Below are positions 48,996-51,919 of a DNA stretch of 51,919 nt, one piece after another. Origin of the DNA: Draconibacterium orientale (lineage in GTDB: Bacteria > Bacteroidota > Bacteroidia > Bacteroidales > JAIFNL01); contig DZBP01000003.1 in assembly GCA_022729915.1 (NCBI GenBank), forward strand, positions 1 to 51,919, given 5' to 3'. The position numbers and the translations under genes are program-made. The stretch's first letter is position 1. Each line of letters begins with the position of its first letter. Below the pieces are notes generated by a model. That model saw only the letters and a list, made by a program, of their open reading frames with translations, had not been told where the DNA came from and searched no databases.

Positions 48996-49928
48996 ATGAT
49001 TAAAGATTTATTTAAAGTGCCAATATATGTTGTACTGATAGTATCAACAATATTATTTGTTTTCGTAGCTTCATGTACTGACCCCGAAGACAAAGCTGTG
49101 AAAGAAGATTTAGAAAATATGAGCAACGAAGACGGTTCTGTTATAGACTCAGAAGGTAATATGGGAGAAATAATAGGAAACTTATCGTCGCCAGTAGAAA
49201 TGGCTGCCTTAATAAAAGATAATGGCGTGCCTTTCTCGTTAAAATATTTATCCAATCCGGATAATATAGACCAATACAGCACAAAATTTGATCAAGCCTT
49301 GGGCTTGGGTATTTTGGGTGCTGACTTAGGCTATTTGAATATTTACGACCGAACAACTTATGTACTAAGGTATATTTCAGCCATCAGTAAATTATCGGAA
49401 GAACTGAGTGTAAGTCAGTTTTTTGACTTTGAAACACTCAAACGTTTGGCAACAAATAATGAAAACTTAGACTCTCTGATTTACATTTCGACCTCGAGTT
49501 TTAACCGTATGGATACCTACTTGAGAGAAATGAATAGAGCAGACCAAAGTATATTGATAGTAACGGGAGTTTGGTTAGAAGCAATGTATCAAACCACTCA
49601 AGTAGTGAAACAAAAACCCAATGAAAAATTAACTGAAAGAATAGGCGAACAAAAACTAATTCTTTCGGAAATAATCAATACAATAAAAAGATACCAATCG
49701 AAGAAGGCATTTAAAGAATTACTTGATGATTTGACGGAAATAAATTCAATATACGAAAAAGTTAAAATCGAATATCAAGTAGGTGAACCTGAAACAGTTG
49801 AAATTGACGGAAGATTGATAATACAACAAAATGAAACAAGTATTGTAAACATCACTCAAGATCAACTAAACCAGATAATCTCAATTATCGAAAGAATAAG
49901 AAATAAAAGAATACAATTAAATAATTAG
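48996..49928 (+). CDS. hypothetical lipoprotein (helical, unknown function)
   Basis: 310 aa. N-terminal hydrophobic segment with lipobox FVASC. No recognisable motif. The antisense 149-aa ORF 48833..49282 is judged spurious. Confidence 0.55.
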   Translation: MIKDLFKVPIYVVLIVSTILFVFVASCTDPEDKAVKEDLENMSNEDGSVIDSEGNMGEIIGNLSSPVEMAALIKDNGVPFSLKYLSNPDNIDQYSTKFDQALGLGILGADLGYLNIYDRTTYVLRYISAISKLSEELSVSQFFDFETLKRLATNNENLDSLIYISTSSFNRMDTYLREMNRADQSILIVTGVWLEAMYQTTQVVKQKPNEKLTERIGEQKLILSEIINTIKRYQSKKAFKELLDDLTEINSIYEKVKIEYQVGEPETVEIDGRLIIQQNETSIVNITQDQLNQIISIIERIRNKRIQLNN

Positions 49929-49934
49929 GAAAAT

Positions 49935-50378
49935 ATGAAGAAATTACTCATTCCTTTTATCTTTTTGCTAGTATTGACAACGTTTAGCATAGATTCAAAA
50001 GCACAATGTAACGACCAGCTTGTAAACGATTGCGCGTTGAATGTGGGCGACAATGCTACCTATATCAAAGATTTTAAAGCAAAGCTAAAAGGCGCTCGCA
50101 AGGGAAGTGCACCTATTGCTACCTTTTCTATTGTTCTAAACAAAGGAACACACTATCGGTTTACCGTTTGTAATGCTTTGGAATATGAAGGCGAAGCTGT
50201 TCTTCAACTCTATGATGCAAACAACACTATGATAGGTAGTACTTTTGACTTAGCAAAAGGAAAAGATTACAAAGCTTTTGACTTTATGGCAAGAAAAACG
50301 GCAACGTATAAGGTGTATATCTCGTTCAAAGGGGGCTTAGAGGGTTGCGCTGTAGGTATTGTGTCGATGGTGCGTTAA
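49935..50378 (+). CDS. hypothetical small secreted protein (beta-rich, 5 Cys)
   Basis: 147 aa with signal peptide MKKLLIPFIFLLVLTTFSIDSKA. It starts 6 nt after the previous stop. No known motif. Confidence 0.55.
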   Translation: MKKLLIPFIFLLVLTTFSIDSKAQCNDQLVNDCALNVGDNATYIKDFKAKLKGARKGSAPIATFSIVLNKGTHYRFTVCNALEYEGEAVLQLYDANNTMIGSTFDLAKGKDYKAFDFMARKTATYKVYISFKGGLEGCAVGIVSMVR

Positions 50379-50401
50379 AAAAAAAAAACGACTTAAAGTG
50401 T

Positions 50402-51697
50402 ATGATAAGAAAAGGTCTATTAATACTATTTGCTTTAATTACCGGGTTTAGCTCTATTTGGGCTAGCGATTATGGCGATACCATTCGGTATAAAAACAAT
50501 GTGGTTAAAGAGATTTGTCATTTCTCGCACGGGCTTGTTGTGGGCGAACGTAAACAGTTTGACAAAAAAGGGGAATTAATAGAAACTCATCATTTCAAAG
50601 GAAACATAGGTGAGATTAGGTCTTATTATAATGATAGTTTAGTAGCTTCGGTTATTAGCAAAGTTACGCAGTCGATAGTAGATGGTAATTATACTTTGAC
50701 TATTGATGCAGGTACAGAAATTTATGGTTTTTATAAGGGTACCCGAAATAAAAAATACAGTATTACGGTAGACAAAACTTTTTCTATTGATTATAAGGAG
50801 TCATACGAACATTACAATATCTTTTTTGACGATGTCATTTTGCTCTATAAGCGTAGAGATATGAAGGGGCTGGAAGGCAGCATGATTACTTACTATGCAA
50901 CCGATGGGGTTAAAATTATTTCGACCTTGAAAATTGGCGGCGGAGATAATGGTAATTACTATCAGCTTATAAACCCTGAAAACAAAACGGTTTTGGCGCA
51001 CGGATACATTAAAAAAATTAGAAGTAGCGATTATTATGTAGGTAAATGGGAGTTTAACTACAGCGATGGTATTTTGGAGAAAATAGAGCATTTTTATGAT
51101 GGTGAAAATTCGGTTAAACATATTAAATACGGTACTCGAATAGATACTGCTATTTATTATTACCAAGTGAGCGGTAAAGTGAAAGCCATTGTGGTGTATC
51201 CGAGACCTGAAGATTTTAACCACCGAACGGATACTCTTATTACTTACTACATTGACCAGCAGGTGAGAACCCGATACGATGAAAAGAAAAAGGCTTCGAT
51301 TTTAAAAACCGGACTTAGACAAGATGAACTTTTTGAGTACTCTGGCTTGTATGAGGAATTTTGGGCAAACGGCGAACTGAAAATGAGAGGCTTTTTGTGT
51401 AAACCTCCAAGAGAACAAATTAATACCGAAGATATTCTAAACGAACATTTAAAATGCGTGGATCAACCAACTCAAAATTCGGTGCTTTTTCAGAACGAAA
51501 AATTGGTGAAGCAAATAAGTATGTGGTATTACTTTAGTGAAAAAGGTGATTTGATAGATATGAAGGAATATAGACTTTGCGGGCAGCTTAGAGAAAAGAA
51601 TCAGCCTAGTAAAAAGGATATAGAGAAGGAAAATACGAAATACAAATTGCAAAAAAAGAGTTATGAATTTCAATATTTGATTAAAGATAATGAATAA
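50402..51697 (+). CDS. secreted protein with MORN-variant (YwqK-like) repeats
   Basis: The ATG at 50402 gives MIRKGLLILFALITGFSSIWA, a signal peptide. Repeated G-x-W/Y-x-x-Y/F-x-x-G segments (GERKQFDKKGELIETHHFKGN, VGKWEFNYSDGILEKIEHFYDG, GLYEEFWANGELKMRGF) resemble MORN_2/YwqK repeats. Confidence 0.5.
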   Translation: MIRKGLLILFALITGFSSIWASDYGDTIRYKNNVVKEICHFSHGLVVGERKQFDKKGELIETHHFKGNIGEIRSYYNDSLVASVISKVTQSIVDGNYTLTIDAGTEIYGFYKGTRNKKYSITVDKTFSIDYKESYEHYNIFFDDVILLYKRRDMKGLEGSMITYYATDGVKIISTLKIGGGDNGNYYQLINPENKTVLAHGYIKKIRSSDYYVGKWEFNYSDGILEKIEHFYDGENSVKHIKYGTRIDTAIYYYQVSGKVKAIVVYPRPEDFNHRTDTLITYYIDQQVRTRYDEKKKASILKTGLRQDELFEYSGLYEEFWANGELKMRGFLCKPPREQINTEDILNEHLKCVDQPTQNSVLFQNEKLVKQISMWYYFSEKGDLIDMKEYRLCGQLREKNQPSKKDIEKENTKYKLQKKSYEFQYLIKDNE

Positions 51698-51763
51698 GCA
51701 ACAAGCACAAAAGCTGAAACTTACTGCGCTTTAGTGTAGTTTGCAATTGCAGGAATAAAAAGA

Positions 51764-51794
51764 GAACCAAAGGAAACTTTGGTTCTTTTTTTTT
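51764..51794 (+). terminator. rho-independent terminator ending the 48996-51697 gene string
   Basis: Stem GAACCAAAG (51764-51772) / CTTTGGTTC (51777-51785), a GAAA tetraloop, then T9 (51786-51794). Confidence 0.7.
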
Positions 51795-51829
51795 GCTGTA
51801 AACGATTTCCGACTTGTGTGATATACTAA

Positions 51830-51919
51830 TTTGAAAATTTGAAAATGGGTTAATTTGAAAATGGATTAATTTGAAAATGGGTTAATTTGAAAATGGGTTA
51901 ATTTGAAAATGGGTTAATT
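51830..51919. repeat. 16-bp tandem repeat array (TTTGAAAATGGGTTAA), at least 5 copies, truncated by the window end
   Basis: Full units lie at 51838-51853, 51854-51869 (one G>A variant, GGATTAA), 51870-51885, 51886-51901 and 51902-51917. A half unit TTTGAAAA sits at 51830-51837. The array runs off the window. Confidence 0.9.

Noticed and set aside
48833-49282. 149-aa minus-strand ORF overlapping the start of the 310-aa lipoprotein gene
   Set aside because: It is antisense to a longer ORF that has a lipoprotein signal and sits in an operon-like context. Its own translation is low-complexity Ser/Ile/Phe-rich.
50345-50401. Listed upstream start (MRCRYCVDG...) for the MORN-repeat gene, overlapping the previous CDS by 34 nt
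   Set aside because: The ATG at 50402 yields a clean signal peptide (MIRKGLLILFALITGFSSIWA). The extension spans the previous gene's stop and an A12 tract.
51830-51919. Possibility that the terminal repeat array is a CRISPR array
   Set aside because: The units are only 16 bp and directly abut with no spacers. No cas genes are present.
1-51919. Search for a SiaD-like diguanylate cyclase, for tRNA/rRNA genes, and for integrase, transposase, phage or known defence genes
   Set aside because: No ORF translation contains GG(D/E)EF or EAL motifs. The intergenic regions are too A/T-rich and unstructured for tRNA/rRNA. No recombinase or nuclease signatures were recognised.

Overview
AT-rich ~52 kb chromosomal segment that reads as Bacteroidota: it has a PorP/SprF-type T9SS membrane protein, a C25 peptidase ending in a type-A T9SS sorting domain, a DUF4159 protein and very A/T-rich spacers. 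All calls come from motif reading of the supplied ORF translations and the DNA; no homology search was run. I support about 35 intact CDS, mostly housekeeping: hflX, dnaB, rsmE, fbp, etfB-etfA plus an acyl-CoA ligase and a hotdog thioesterase, an HMA-fused metal permease, ComEC, an aldo/keto reductase, galM, mfd, alkaline phosphatase, an OmpA-family protein and an aminotransferase. I found no rRNA, tRNA, CRISPR array, transposase, integrase or phage gene, so this is not an obvious mobile island. The most interesting block is 41.7-51.7 kb. It holds a SiaA/SiaB/SiaC-like partner-switching triad: a TM-GAF-PAS-PAS-PP2C sensor phosphatase, a GHKL-type kinase, and a DUF1987 phosphoprotein with Thr68 in an FNTASSK motif. 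The window contains no diguanylate cyclase. The triad is instead followed co-directionally by a 1074-aa multidomain ABCG-like half-transporter (TerB-like domain, beta-rich FHA-like segment, NBD, CxxC linker, ABC-2 permease, helical domain, extra TM). A tight trio of exported proteins of unknown function comes next. A paralogue of the giant ABC protein lies 20 kb away, directly upstream of ComEC. Non-coding oddities are a 165-bp palindromic MITE-like element with perfect 24-bp terminal inverted repeats that overlaps a stop codon, and a 16-bp tandem repeat array cut by the right window edge. There are also several clean rho-independent terminators, one sitting just upstream of hflX.
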